A DNA stretch of 64,000 nt from a bacterium (GTDB lineage Bacteria > Patescibacteriota > Minisyncoccia > Phycocordibacterales > UBA918), in assembly GCA_030430425.1 (NCBI GenBank), contig JAUIFS010000001.1:5992-69991 (forward strand). Direction: 5' to 3'. Within the stretch, counting starts at the first letter, position 1. Each line of letters begins with the position of its first letter. Shown piece by piece: positions 37,031-46,208 of the stretch. The notes beneath the pieces were generated by a model, which saw only the letters and a program-made list of their open reading frames with translations, had not been told where the DNA came from and ran no database searches. Both the position numbers and the translations under genes were made by a program.

Positions 37031-37639
37031 ATGCAAAAGCAACTAGTATACATACATGGAGGAGATGCATATGACACCTATGAAGCTTTTTTGCATGACT
37101 TGCAGAATCGTCCGCTGCGCACACCGCAAGGGATCGCTCCAAAGTCATGGTATCAAACGCTTCGAGAAGACCTTGGGGAGAAATTTGAGGTATTTGCTCC
37201 ACAGATGCCCAATAAACAAAACGCAAAATATGAGGAGTGGAAGATTTGGTTTGAGCGACATGCTGCATTTTTACGTGATGATGTTACGTTGCTCGGGTGG
37301 TCGTTGGGAGGTATTTTCTTTGCGAAGTATCTTTCTGAAAATGTTGTTCCTTTCAAAGTGGGGCATCTAATACTCTTAGCTGCTCCATTTAATACCGAGA
37401 ACTTGCAGGATGTTGGGTGCGGTGACTTTCTGCTTGATCCCGAGTTGCTTGGAAAGTTGCAAGACGTTGCACAGCAAGTGACTATTGTGCACTCAAAGGA
37501 TGACTTTGTGGTGCCCTATGAGCATGCACTTTTATACAAACAACTTTTGCCCGTTGCATCATTGGTTACGTATGAAGACAAGAATCATTTTTTGGTGGAG
37601 GAATTGCCTGAGTTGGTTGAGATGATTAAAAATCTGTAG
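37031..37639 (+). CDS. RBBP9/YdeN-like alpha/beta hydrolase
   Basis: IHGG, GWSLGG, HSKDD.VVP and HF motifs. Confidence 0.88.
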   Translation: MQKQLVYIHGGDAYDTYEAFLHDLQNRPLRTPQGIAPKSWYQTLREDLGEKFEVFAPQMPNKQNAKYEEWKIWFERHAAFLRDDVTLLGWSLGGIFFAKYLSENVVPFKVGHLILLAAPFNTENLQDVGCGDFLLDPELLGKLQDVAQQVTIVHSKDDFVVPYEHALLYKQLLPVASLVTYEDKNHFLVEELPELVEMIKNL

Positions 37640-37677
37640 AGTTTTTGTGTGTAAAAAGCACAACACCTGCGTTTACT

Positions 37678-37966
37678 TGGAGATAAAAATGCTTTGTGCT
37701 TCCATTTCGCTCGCTCCATCTTACAGAGAGCATCGATTCTAAACCGTAAAATCACTTATTTTTGCTGACGCAGAAAATAAATGGTTTTGCCAACTGCACT
37801 CCGCTCGGAAACGTAAGCAAGCTTCCGTTTCGCTCGCTCCATGAGACATTGTGAGAATTTTGAACCGTAAAACTCTTTACTTCGTACATGCGTACTCAGT
37901 AAAAGTTTTTCCAACTGCACTCCGCTCGGAGATAAAAATGCTTCGCGCTTTTATCTCACTCGCTAC
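37678..37966. repeat. ~121-bp tandem hairpin repeat (about 2.5 units)
   Basis: ccaactgcactccgctcgga at 37790 and 37911; tttcgctcgctccat at 37705 and 37828; aaccgtaaaa twice; ggagataaaaatgctt twice. Confidence 0.8.
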
Positions 37967-38020
37967 GTTTGTTGGTAAGAAATCGCCCATTCGGACGTCT
38001 TAAAGTATAATGGTTCTTGT

Positions 38021-38605
38021 ATGTCCGGTCAGGGAAAGAACGACAACATAAAAGGGGACCACGAAGAGCGTTTTTTGAAAGCTTTCGAGGAATATAGCGA
38101 TGCTTTGTTTCGGCATGCATTTCTACGTGTGAGCGATCGTGAACGTGCCATTGATATCGTACACGATACGTTTACCAAAGTGTGGACCTATGTGCGCAAT
38201 GGACACGAAGTTGATCAGTTTCGTCCATTTTTATACAAGGTACTCAACAATTTGATTATTGATGAGTATCGCAAACGAAAAGAAGCTTCACTTGACGCAA
38301 TCATGGAGGTTGATGGTATAGATGAAGGTACGTTTGATGAACTTTCTGAGAATACGGTTGAGTCGCTGGCAGCAACTCTTGATGGGAAAAAAGCATTTGA
38401 GCTTCTGCAAGAGCTCCCCGATACGTATCGGGAGATAATCGTGCTGCGTTTTGTAGATGAGTTAGGACCAAAAGAAATAGCGTCACTTACCGAAGAAACG
38501 GAGAACGTCATTTCCGTACGATTGCACCGTGGTCTGAAACTGCTTCGGAAAGCAGTAGAGGAAAAAGAAAAGGAGACACAAAAGAAACGAACAACAAAAA
38601 AGTAA
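38021..38605 (+). CDS. ECF sigma factor
   Basis: DIVHDTF.K.W, FLYK...N.IID.YRK and region 4 EIA...ENVISVRLHRG. Confidence 0.93.
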   Translation: MSGQGKNDNIKGDHEERFLKAFEEYSDALFRHAFLRVSDRERAIDIVHDTFTKVWTYVRNGHEVDQFRPFLYKVLNNLIIDEYRKRKEASLDAIMEVDGIDEGTFDELSENTVESLAATLDGKKAFELLQELPDTYREIIVLRFVDELGPKEIASLTEETENVISVRLHRGLKLLRKAVEEKEKETQKKRTTKK

Positions 38606-38613
38606 CATATACA

Positions 38614-40155
38614 ATGAAACGATTTAGCGAACAATTTAAGAAAAAGTCAGAATCAATCCGTCTACGGGCAACCGAACGGGCTGATTTGCGCGATCGTCTT
38701 GTTTCATACATGGAGTATCATCCACTCCCACAAAACTTACGTACTCCTAAAGCTACGCCAAAAAAGCGTGTATCCGCAGGACTTGCTTCAGAGCCGTTTC
38801 GTGCTATTTCAATACATATGGCGTATATTCGCGGATTTGCAGGTGTGTTTGCAATATTTCTTGTCGTAGGCATTCCGTTTATTGCAGAACAATCAGTTCC
38901 TGGGGATGTGCTGTACCCTGTGAAAACGCACATTACAGAAGAAGTACGTGCGTCGTTAAAGCTTTCTCCGTACGCGAAAGTGGAGTGGGAGACACAACGT
39001 CTTGAGCGGCGTGTTGCTGAAGCACGTTTGCTTGCCAGTGAAGGGAAGCTTACTGCGGAAACAGAAGCTAAAGTAGCACAGGCAGTTAAAAATCATACAA
39101 GTGCTGCGCAACAAGAAATTGCACAGATTCGTGAAAATGACGCTGACGAAGCAGCTATTGCTGAGATTACGTTTGCCTCTGCGCTTGAGGTACAGTCTGA
39201 AGTGCTTGAAGGGCATATTGCAAAAATAGCAATGATTGCCACCGATGAGACAGAATCGCAAGAGGGGACGTCCGTGCGCGCACTTGCATCGGTAGTTTCA
39301 GAAGTTGCAGAAGATGCTGAAGATGCACAAGAGGCCGCAACTCCATCGTATGAAAAACTCCTTGGCGGTATTGAGGCTAAAACAACGTATGCCTATGAAC
39401 TCTTTGAGTCAGTACAGTCAGTTGCGTCACCTACTGAAGTAGCAGACATCGAACGTCGTCTAGCAGACGTTGAGCGTAAAGTGGCGTCAGTGATTACTGA
39501 TAATGAAACACCGATGATAGAAGCGGTTGTTGCAGATATCCCTGAGGTAATTGTTGAAGAAACAGGAACCTCGTCTGAAGAAATAGCAACATCGACTAGT
39601 GAAGTTGTTGCTGAAGAAGTGCCCGAAGAGACACCCGTAGTTGTTTCCTTTGAGAAACCTGCTGAAAAAATTGACCGGATTGCAACACTGCGAACAGCAT
39701 TGAAAGATCTGCAAAAACTTATTTCATTCATGACACAGATTGATGTACGAGAAACGGTGACTGTTGAAGAGCTCGTTCCTGTAACACTTACTGACGAGGA
39801 GAGAACTACAGCAGTACAAAAACAATATGCGCAGGCAAATACATATCTAGACACTATTGTGGCGATCACTACGAAGTCTAACGTTGACGAGAAAGTTACC
39901 TTCGCACTTGCACAATTGAAGGATACGCAACGTTTGCTTGACGCTGCAATAGAAGCAGGAGCAGTTACGGATGCTGAGAAATATGCTGCAGAGTTTCTAG
40001 CCCTCGCTGAGGATGCACATACGCATGCAGTAACGTTTCAAGTTGATGATTCTGTAGAGACTGTGTTAGAAGAAGTTGCTACTACAACAGAAGAGATTAT
40101 TGAGGAATTAGAAGACTCTGGACTTGAAACGGAGTCTACAGAAGAAATAAGATAA
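38614..40155 (+). CDS. DUF5667-like membrane protein, putative anti-sigma partner
   Basis: TM followed by AEQSVPGDVLYPVK...E.V...L...RR..EA. Starts 8 bp after the sigma gene. Confidence 0.75.
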   Translation: MKRFSEQFKKKSESIRLRATERADLRDRLVSYMEYHPLPQNLRTPKATPKKRVSAGLASEPFRAISIHMAYIRGFAGVFAIFLVVGIPFIAEQSVPGDVLYPVKTHITEEVRASLKLSPYAKVEWETQRLERRVAEARLLASEGKLTAETEAKVAQAVKNHTSAAQQEIAQIRENDADEAAIAEITFASALEVQSEVLEGHIAKIAMIATDETESQEGTSVRALASVVSEVAEDAEDAQEAATPSYEKLLGGIEAKTTYAYELFESVQSVASPTEVADIERRLADVERKVASVITDNETPMIEAVVADIPEVIVEETGTSSEEIATSTSEVVAEEVPEETPVVVSFEKPAEKIDRIATLRTALKDLQKLISFMTQIDVRETVTVEELVPVTLTDEERTTAVQKQYAQANTYLDTIVAITTKSNVDEKVTFALAQLKDTQRLLDAAIEAGAVTDAEKYAAEFLALAEDAHTHAVTFQVDDSVETVLEEVATTTEEIIEELEDSGLETESTEEIR

Positions 40156-40185
40156 AAAACCGGCAGCTTCTGCCGGTTTTTTTCT

Positions 40186-40749
40186 TTATTCTGGGGGTGG
40201 TTTCAAATGGTAGTCTTTAGCATAAATACTAATACCCAAACCTAGTCCGATCCAAAGAGATACGTTCTTTATCATTTCCTTGTCTTTTTGCTTACATGTA
40301 CAAAGACCATTTGTATGGAACCTCATGCAAATGAGTTTCTCTGCATCGCGTAGCTGTTTTAGTGCGGTAAGGATCCGTTTGCACATGTTGTGACTGAGTA
40401 CCTCTGTGTGTTTACAAGTGCACTGTGTAAATGTTTTACAGCATCGTGCACAACAGTTGCTTTGCAGGTGGACTTCTATCAAGTCCCGATTGCTTTTAAG
40501 AAAAAATAAATCCCCACCAAGAAATCCTGTTTCTTCCCAGAGTGTATGTATTAGTTGACACGTCGCGTCGTTGGTTGGAAGTACTGAGTAGAAAGCTTCC
40601 ATTTCAATTACAAGACATGATTGTTCTTTAGACAGCGTACCGCTCAAACGGTGCTTGTGCATGTTTCCGGTGCTTTCTTTGCGTCGCCGTTCTTCCTCTA
40701 TTCTTTCCTGCATCAATGCACTAATACCGAACATTCTATCGATATCCAT
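40186..40749 (-). CDS. hypothetical Cys-rich protein
   Basis: CCARCC...CTC...CTC; GGGGAGG SD. Confidence 0.55.
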   Translation of the reverse strand: MDIDRMFGISALMQERIEEERRRKESTGNMHKHRLSGTLSKEQSCLVIEMEAFYSVLPTNDATCQLIHTLWEETGFLGGDLFFLKSNRDLIEVHLQSNCCARCCKTFTQCTCKHTEVLSHNMCKRILTALKQLRDAEKLICMRFHTNGLCTCKQKDKEMIKNVSLWIGLGLGISIYAKDYHLKPPPE

Positions 40750-41111
40750 TATTTTGTCCTCCCCTTGTATAACGTACTGATCTACTTTGCACTGTAATAC
40801 GCTCTTTGCAAAAATTCAAGAAAAGTAGGGAATAGTAATAATTTAGTTTTTTGTCAAAAAACTTTGTTGCAGATGTGTATTCCTTGTGTACAATGCATAT
40901 ATGCATCATGCACAAACATTTTATTTCTGGTTTTACGTTCCGCGAGTTGCTCGTGTAGTTGTTTGTGTGTAGGTACGACTTATGTAGAAAACGACCGCGA
41001 GCATATGCTCGCGGTCGTTTTCTTTTGTGATTCGATATATTTCTCCAAACTGTGGTGGCATATATCGGCTCACAATACGGTGAGTCGAAAACAAAAAAGG
41101 AGTTCTGTATC

Positions 41112-41402
41112 ATGACACACGCAACGTTTGTTCCTGAGGATAATCAGACGCCGCTACCGGCATTGCAACACAATGGACGGAACATTACACTTGATACGTT
41201 CAAAAAAGAATTGTTATCTACAGGAGTCTGTGCTGTGTATGTAGGACAAGGGAATCATATACACGCATTTCGGGACTTACTCGATGAACCGGAGCTGTAT
41301 ACGCTCTACATGCATCATCGAAAACGCATGTTCCATGTAGATGCGCTTGCGCAAGCACGTATGGAGCATACAGCAGCTGCAGAGCATCCATTTGCGCTGT
41401 GA
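41112..41402 (+). CDS. hypothetical protein
   Basis: AAAGGAG SD before ATG 41112; terminator hairpin directly after the stop. Confidence 0.6.
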   Translation: MTHATFVPEDNQTPLPALQHNGRNITLDTFKKELLSTGVCAVYVGQGNHIHAFRDLLDEPELYTLYMHHRKRMFHVDALAQARMEHTAAAEHPFAL

Positions 41403-41488
41403 ATACACGCCGGCAGTACTGCCGGCGTTTTTCTTTTGTGCAAAAAATGCTAGCATCAGTGCACTACTCATAATGTACAGAACACTAT

Positions 41489-42595
41489 ATGGAATCATTA
41501 GCAACAACAACACTTGCATATTTACCAGAGATGATCGCTTCAGTACCATACTTTGGTGAAGTTAATTTTGCACCATATGTAGCAGCCGGGGGATTGTTTA
41601 TTGGGTTGTCAGTACTGTTTAAAGTGGTGCTCGTGCTTGTTCTTTCGCGTTTGCAATATCTTTCGAAGAAAACAACTACCGATGTAGACGATGTTATTAT
41701 TGACGCGCTCTCAAGCATTCGGGCGTGGGTGTACACACTCGTATCATTCTATATTGCGTTGCAATTCTTCATGCTTCCTGAGCTCGTGCAGAAAGGACTT
41801 ACTGCAGTCGTACTCTTTGCAGTGGTGTGGCAATGTATTGAGATAGCGCTCTGTTTTGTGGAGTACGGCGCTATGCGATTTCTTGAAAAGGATGAAGATG
41901 GTGATGGGGAAGTCGATCCCAACTCAGCAACGGCATCACACCTAGTGACGCTTATTGCACGTATCGCATTGTGGGCGTTTGGTATTATTTTTGTACTTTC
42001 AAACCTTGGTATTGAAGTAACCTCACTTATTGCTGGTTTAGGTATTGGTGGTATTGCGGTTGCATTTGCGCTGCAAGGAGTACTTTCTGACTTGTTTGCA
42101 TCGTTTTCTATCTATGCCGATAAACCATTCCGTATTGGTGACTATATTGTTCTTGGTGCTGATTCAGGGACCGTTGAGAAGATTGGCGTGAAAACAACAC
42201 GTTTACGCACATTGCAAGGGGAGGAGTTAGTAGTGAGCAATGCAGAACTGACTACTGCACGGGTACAAAACTTCAAAAAAATGCAGGAGCGCCGTAGCTC
42301 AGTGCAGTTTGGTATTACGTATGAAACCCCTCATGAAAAGGTAAAGGAAATCAATGGTGTGGTTGCGCGTATTTTTGAAGCAATAGATGGAGCCCGCCTT
42401 GATCGGGTGCACTTTACTACGTTTGCTGACTCTGCACTGTTGTTTGATGTCGTGTTCTATGTTGAGTCTCCCGAATACGCAGTATTCTTAGACAAGCAAG
42501 AACAGTTTAACTTCGAGTTGATGGATAAGTTTGCTGAAATGGGCATAGACTTCGCATATCCAACACAAACTCTGTATCTGAAGAAAGAGGTGTAA
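41489..42595 (+). CDS. mscS: small-conductance mechanosensitive channel
   Basis: SLIAGLGIGGIAVAFALQ, DKPFRIGD and FAYPTQT motifs. Confidence 0.93.
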   Translation: MESLATTTLAYLPEMIASVPYFGEVNFAPYVAAGGLFIGLSVLFKVVLVLVLSRLQYLSKKTTTDVDDVIIDALSSIRAWVYTLVSFYIALQFFMLPELVQKGLTAVVLFAVVWQCIEIALCFVEYGAMRFLEKDEDGDGEVDPNSATASHLVTLIARIALWAFGIIFVLSNLGIEVTSLIAGLGIGGIAVAFALQGVLSDLFASFSIYADKPFRIGDYIVLGADSGTVEKIGVKTTRLRTLQGEELVVSNAELTTARVQNFKKMQERRSSVQFGITYETPHEKVKEINGVVARIFEAIDGARLDRVHFTTFADSALLFDVVFYVESPEYAVFLDKQEQFNFELMDKFAEMGIDFAYPTQTLYLKKEV

Positions 42596-42643
42596 TAGAA
42601 ATGTACAATAAAAAGAGCAGCGCCCTGCAGGGCGCTGCTCTTT

Positions 42644-43702
42644 TTATTGTACAAGTTCTCTTTGGAGCATTTGTGAGAGAAAGGGGACTAATGTTTCTTT
42701 AAATAGTTGAGAACGGAAGGGAAGATTGCCCCCGAGGTTTCTTTGTAGGGTAAAGCCAGTTTCTTCTTGTATGGTGCGATCAATGTATGAGAGTGTGAGC
42801 GCACGAAGACTTCCTGCGCCATACGAAGCGTCATCGCCGCGTGTAGAGATGATTCCAATAACATCACCTTGTGTATTGAGTACAGGACCACCTGACGCAC
42901 CTTGCTCACCAACGAGTGACCCTCCAATAGTCATTAGGTCGGCATAGTTTGAACCAAAGGTCATCAGTTCAACAATGCTCGTGCTCGCTTGTTTGGGTAG
43001 TAACGGTGCGTTTCCATCTCCAGTTGCAAATGCAGTTCCTGCAGGGTATCCAGCGGCAATGGTTTCTGAATACAGTGCCTGGATAGGCAGTAGTGCGGTG
43101 TCCAATGGTAGCGCAGGAAATGTGCGGGGCATTGGCTTGTTGTTGAGACCCGCAGTTACATACAGAAGGGCATAGTCACGCTCCCCAGTTCCTTTAGGGT
43201 TTTCAGTGGCGATTAATGCTGCATGTTCCTGCACCCATGCAGGAGAGATATAGAGTAAATCAGCTTCATATGTTGCCACAGCTGGATTTCCGGTTCGTAC
43301 AATACAGTCTGTTTGTCCATTGAGTGTCTCAAGCAGGAGAAATTGCGCTACGTGGGCATTGGTGAGAATGACCCCATCGCTATCTACAAAGAAACCTGTT
43401 CCGGTGGTGGTGCGTGTATAGTCGTCTGTTGTATAGGTGCAGTAGATGTTTACCAGCGCCTCTAAAGGTGTGGCGGTTGCAGTGTTTGAGTCGGCATCAA
43501 TAACAGCTCCACTTTGATACGCAGCATTCTCGATGAGAATTTTTGGGATTGAGTTGTATGCAGAACTGAGTTTTGAAAAAGTTGTTTCTTCTTGAGTTGT
43601 ATCTTCGTGTACGAAGAGTTCCTCCACACGTTCAGCGATACCATTAGTCAGCGCTAAGTATGCGGAGAAGAACCCGATGATAATTTCAGTGAGTAGTTGC
43701 AT
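42644..43702 (-). CDS. trypsin-like serine protease
   Basis: GTGF..ILTNAHV, DYALL and GASGGPV (catalytic triad). Confidence 0.9.
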   Translation of the reverse strand: MQLLTEIIIGFFSAYLALTNGIAERVEELFVHEDTTQEETTFSKLSSAYNSIPKILIENAAYQSGAVIDADSNTATATPLEALVNIYCTYTTDDYTRTTTGTGFFVDSDGVILTNAHVAQFLLLETLNGQTDCIVRTGNPAVATYEADLLYISPAWVQEHAALIATENPKGTGERDYALLYVTAGLNNKPMPRTFPALPLDTALLPIQALYSETIAAGYPAGTAFATGDGNAPLLPKQASTSIVELMTFGSNYADLMTIGGSLVGEQGASGGPVLNTQGDVIGIISTRGDDASYGAGSLRALTLSYIDRTIQEETGFTLQRNLGGNLPFRSQLFKETLVPFLSQMLQRELVQ

Positions 43703-43769
43703 GTGGTGTAAGTATAGCAAACAGATGTGCTACAAGTTTGTGCTGTACCAGAATCCTTTTTGATCAAAA

Positions 43770-43945
43770 TGAAAGACCTGGTCACTAAATGCAACCAGGT
43801 CTACACAAGTCCCCTTATCTTTATAAGGTAGTTAGTACCGTAATCTAACTAGGTAGCCCCATAGGAAATCATTGAGCCACAGCCTCATCGCCGGCTATTC
43901 AATGCATATCGCAGACGAGCACGTCCGTCGTCAACTTGTGTTCAG
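43770..43945 (-). ncRNA. putative ~170-nt structured sRNA
   Basis: Minus-strand TTGTCA-N17-TATATT promoter (43978-43950), closing stem 43803-43810/43934-43941, four inner hairpins, terminator 43774-43802. Confidence 0.6.
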
Positions 43946-44011
43946 ACAAAATATAACAAAGCAAAGTGTTTATGACAACACAAACATCACCGAGTTTTAT
44001 ATTTAATGAGT

Positions 44012-44290
44012 TGAAGCAGAGGAGTTTCTGTCTACGGTGGTGGTACACCCTTTAGTACCCCGCCTACTACACAAGTAGCATTTCCCGAGCATACCTCCTG
44101 GCGCAGGTTACTAAAGCACTTTGTGCTGTAAGTACTTGCCCTCCTTACAGGAGCTGTACACCTTGTCCGTATTTCTGTTCGTAAACTCCAGAAATCTTGG
44201 AAAAGGTCTTGCGAAGCTCCAAGTATTCGCTTCTCACCCAGCGCACTCGTTTTCTTTTTAGGAATAAAAGAAAACATCGTTTACGCTTCA
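44012..44290 (+). ncRNA. putative ~280-nt multibranch structured RNA or palindromic element
   Basis: Closing helices tgaagc/gcttca and acggtg/catcgt, about 9 inner hairpins, followed by terminator 44298-44324. Strand inferred only from G-U pairs. Confidence 0.45.
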
Positions 44291-44336
44291 CAAAACTAAA
44301 AAACAGTCCGCAGGGACTGTTTTTCTTAACGTTTTG

Positions 44337-44407
44337 TGCGGGATAGGGGAATCGAACTCCTGACCTCTGCTTGGAAGGCAGATGTTATACCATTTAACTA
44401 ATCCCGC
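44337..44407 (-). tRNA. tRNA-Gly(UCC)
   Basis: gcgggat...atcccgc-a, anticodon arm tctgc-cttccaa-gcaga. Confidence 0.93.
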
Positions 44408-44665
44408 AATGCAAAAGATTTTAGCATAATGTGCCTATAATACAATACTTTTGTATATACAAAGTAAAAGAACCCCGGCTGAGGGTTCTTTTACAAAAAT
44501 GTGTGATGGGAAATAGCGCAGAATTGCTCTATGTATTTCCACATAGCGTAATACCTCCGCTACATGTGTAAGTATAGCACACGTGCAGAATCTCCATGTG
44601 GATAGAAACGGGGATAGAAAAAACAGCGTGCATGCACGCTGTTTTTTCTGTAGTGGGAAATAGAT

Positions 44666-44938
44666 TTATTTCACCGCGTCCTTCAGAGCCTTTGCTGCTC
44701 GGAACTTTGGTACGCGCATAGCTGGAACTTCAATAGGTTCACCTGTGCGTGGGTTTCGAGCTGTGCGAGCGTTTCGCATTTTAGCTGAGAAAATACCAAG
44801 TCCTGCGATTGATACTTCTTGACCATCTTTTAGCGTTTCAACGATTGAAGTCATAACAACTTCTACCGCTCGTTCTGCGTCGGCCTTAGTAATACCTAGC
44901 TCTTCGTGGATCTTGTTAATGATGTCTGCCTTATTCAT
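44666..44938 (-). CDS. hup: DNA-binding protein HU
   Basis: MNKADII...GLGIF...ARTARNPRTGE...PKFRA.KALKDAV. Confidence 0.96.
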   Translation of the reverse strand: MNKADIINKIHEELGITKADAERAVEVVMTSIVETLKDGQEVSIAGLGIFSAKMRNARTARNPRTGEPIEVPAMRVPKFRAAKALKDAVK

Positions 44939-45107
44939 ATTGTTTTTCTGAATAGTAACTACTGGCGAATAAACATTTTGTGATGGCGCTACACCATGCA
45001 CGGTGCCCTAATGGCTTGTAAAACATTATATAGCAACATATTTACCATGCAACGACTTGTAAAGCAGTATTTGTGTGTTGTGGTGCTTTCGGGATATTCT
45101 GTATGCT

Positions 45108-45947
45108 ATGATGGCAGGCATGCAAAAAATCGCAATTCAAGGGATCAAAGGTGCATTTCATCATGAAGCAGCGCAAAAACTCATTGACGGTGAGGTGCTT
45201 GAGTGTGTCACGTTTCAAGATGTGTTCGATGCTGTTATCGCTGCAAAGGCTGCATACGGCATTGTTGCGATTGAAAATAGTATTCATGGTTCTATAAACC
45301 ACGTATATCGCCTGCTACAGCGCCACAACCTTTGGATTGCAGGTGAGACCACACTCAGTATTGAGCAGTACCTCATTGGTCCACAAGAAATTGCCGTTTC
45401 TGAACTCAATACACCCGAAGCAGAGGTGCGCACCATGTTTCCTGCCTTTGCACAGTGTGAGCTATGGCTTGAGGAGCATTTGCCGCTTACCAAGCGTGTG
45501 GAGCTCTATGACACTGCGTTTAGTGTACAGAGTGTCGTCGACGAAGGTGAACCGTTGACGGTGGCTATTGGAGGGAAGTATGCGGCTAAAGTATATGGTG
45601 GAAAGATTATTGAAGGACCAATTAATGATGATCCACACAACTACACACGCTTTATTCTCCTTACCAAAGAACGGCAGGATGCTCCCGATGCAAACCGCAC
45701 GTCGATCATCCTTACTACTGGTCACTCTGAAGGTGCGCTGTATCGTGCACTTGGAGCATTTGCAAACGCAAAGATAAACCTCTCAAAACTAGATAGCCAT
45801 CCCATCCAGTCTGACACTCGCCACTATTCTTTTTATATAGACCTTGAAGCAGGTGTTGCTGACCCGGCAGTACGTCAGGCATTTGATGAGATCCGTGCAA
45901 CAGGGTGCGAGATAAAAACACTCGGTAGTTATAGGGTGGAAGAGTAG
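45108..45947 (+). CDS. pheA: prephenate dehydratase (PDT + ACT)
   Basis: IAIQG..GAF, IENS..GS, FAQC..WL, NYTRF and ACT (G.LY..L..FA...INLSKL.S.P). Confidence 0.9.
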   Translation: MMAGMQKIAIQGIKGAFHHEAAQKLIDGEVLECVTFQDVFDAVIAAKAAYGIVAIENSIHGSINHVYRLLQRHNLWIAGETTLSIEQYLIGPQEIAVSELNTPEAEVRTMFPAFAQCELWLEEHLPLTKRVELYDTAFSVQSVVDEGEPLTVAIGGKYAAKVYGGKIIEGPINDDPHNYTRFILLTKERQDAPDANRTSIILTTGHSEGALYRALGAFANAKINLSKLDSHPIQSDTRHYSFYIDLEAGVADPAVRQAFDEIRATGCEIKTLGSYRVEE

Positions 45948-46208
45948 GGGACACATAAGAAAAGCCTGATTCATTTTAAACCAGGCTTTTTGTGAGCTTT
46001 GAAGCGATACCCGCGACCGTCGCGACCAATTGGTCGGGGCGAATTTTTTTGTACTTAGGATCCCTATTATCTTGATTTTGAATAATGTGTATCGTTATTC
46101 TAATTTCAAAGCATAACGAGGTAGATAAGAAAAATAGCACAAGGCGTATAATTGCATACGACGAGTGCTATTTTTTGTATTCTAACGAAGTTAGGCGAAG
46201 AAATTAGA

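Noticed and set aside
37678-37966. CRISPR array
   Set aside because: Only about 2.5 units of 121 bp, the inter-repeat segments are related to each other, and no cas genes are in the window.
40736-41115. Cys-rich 83-aa and antisense 125-aa ORFs
   Set aside because: No RBS, and they cross a palindromic hairpin and promoter-like AT tracts; likely spurious.
43875-43900. HDV-like/theta ribozyme (cagcctcatcgccggct resembles P3-L3)
   Set aside because: P1, P2 and P4 could not be built, and the promoter and G-U pairs favour the opposite strand.
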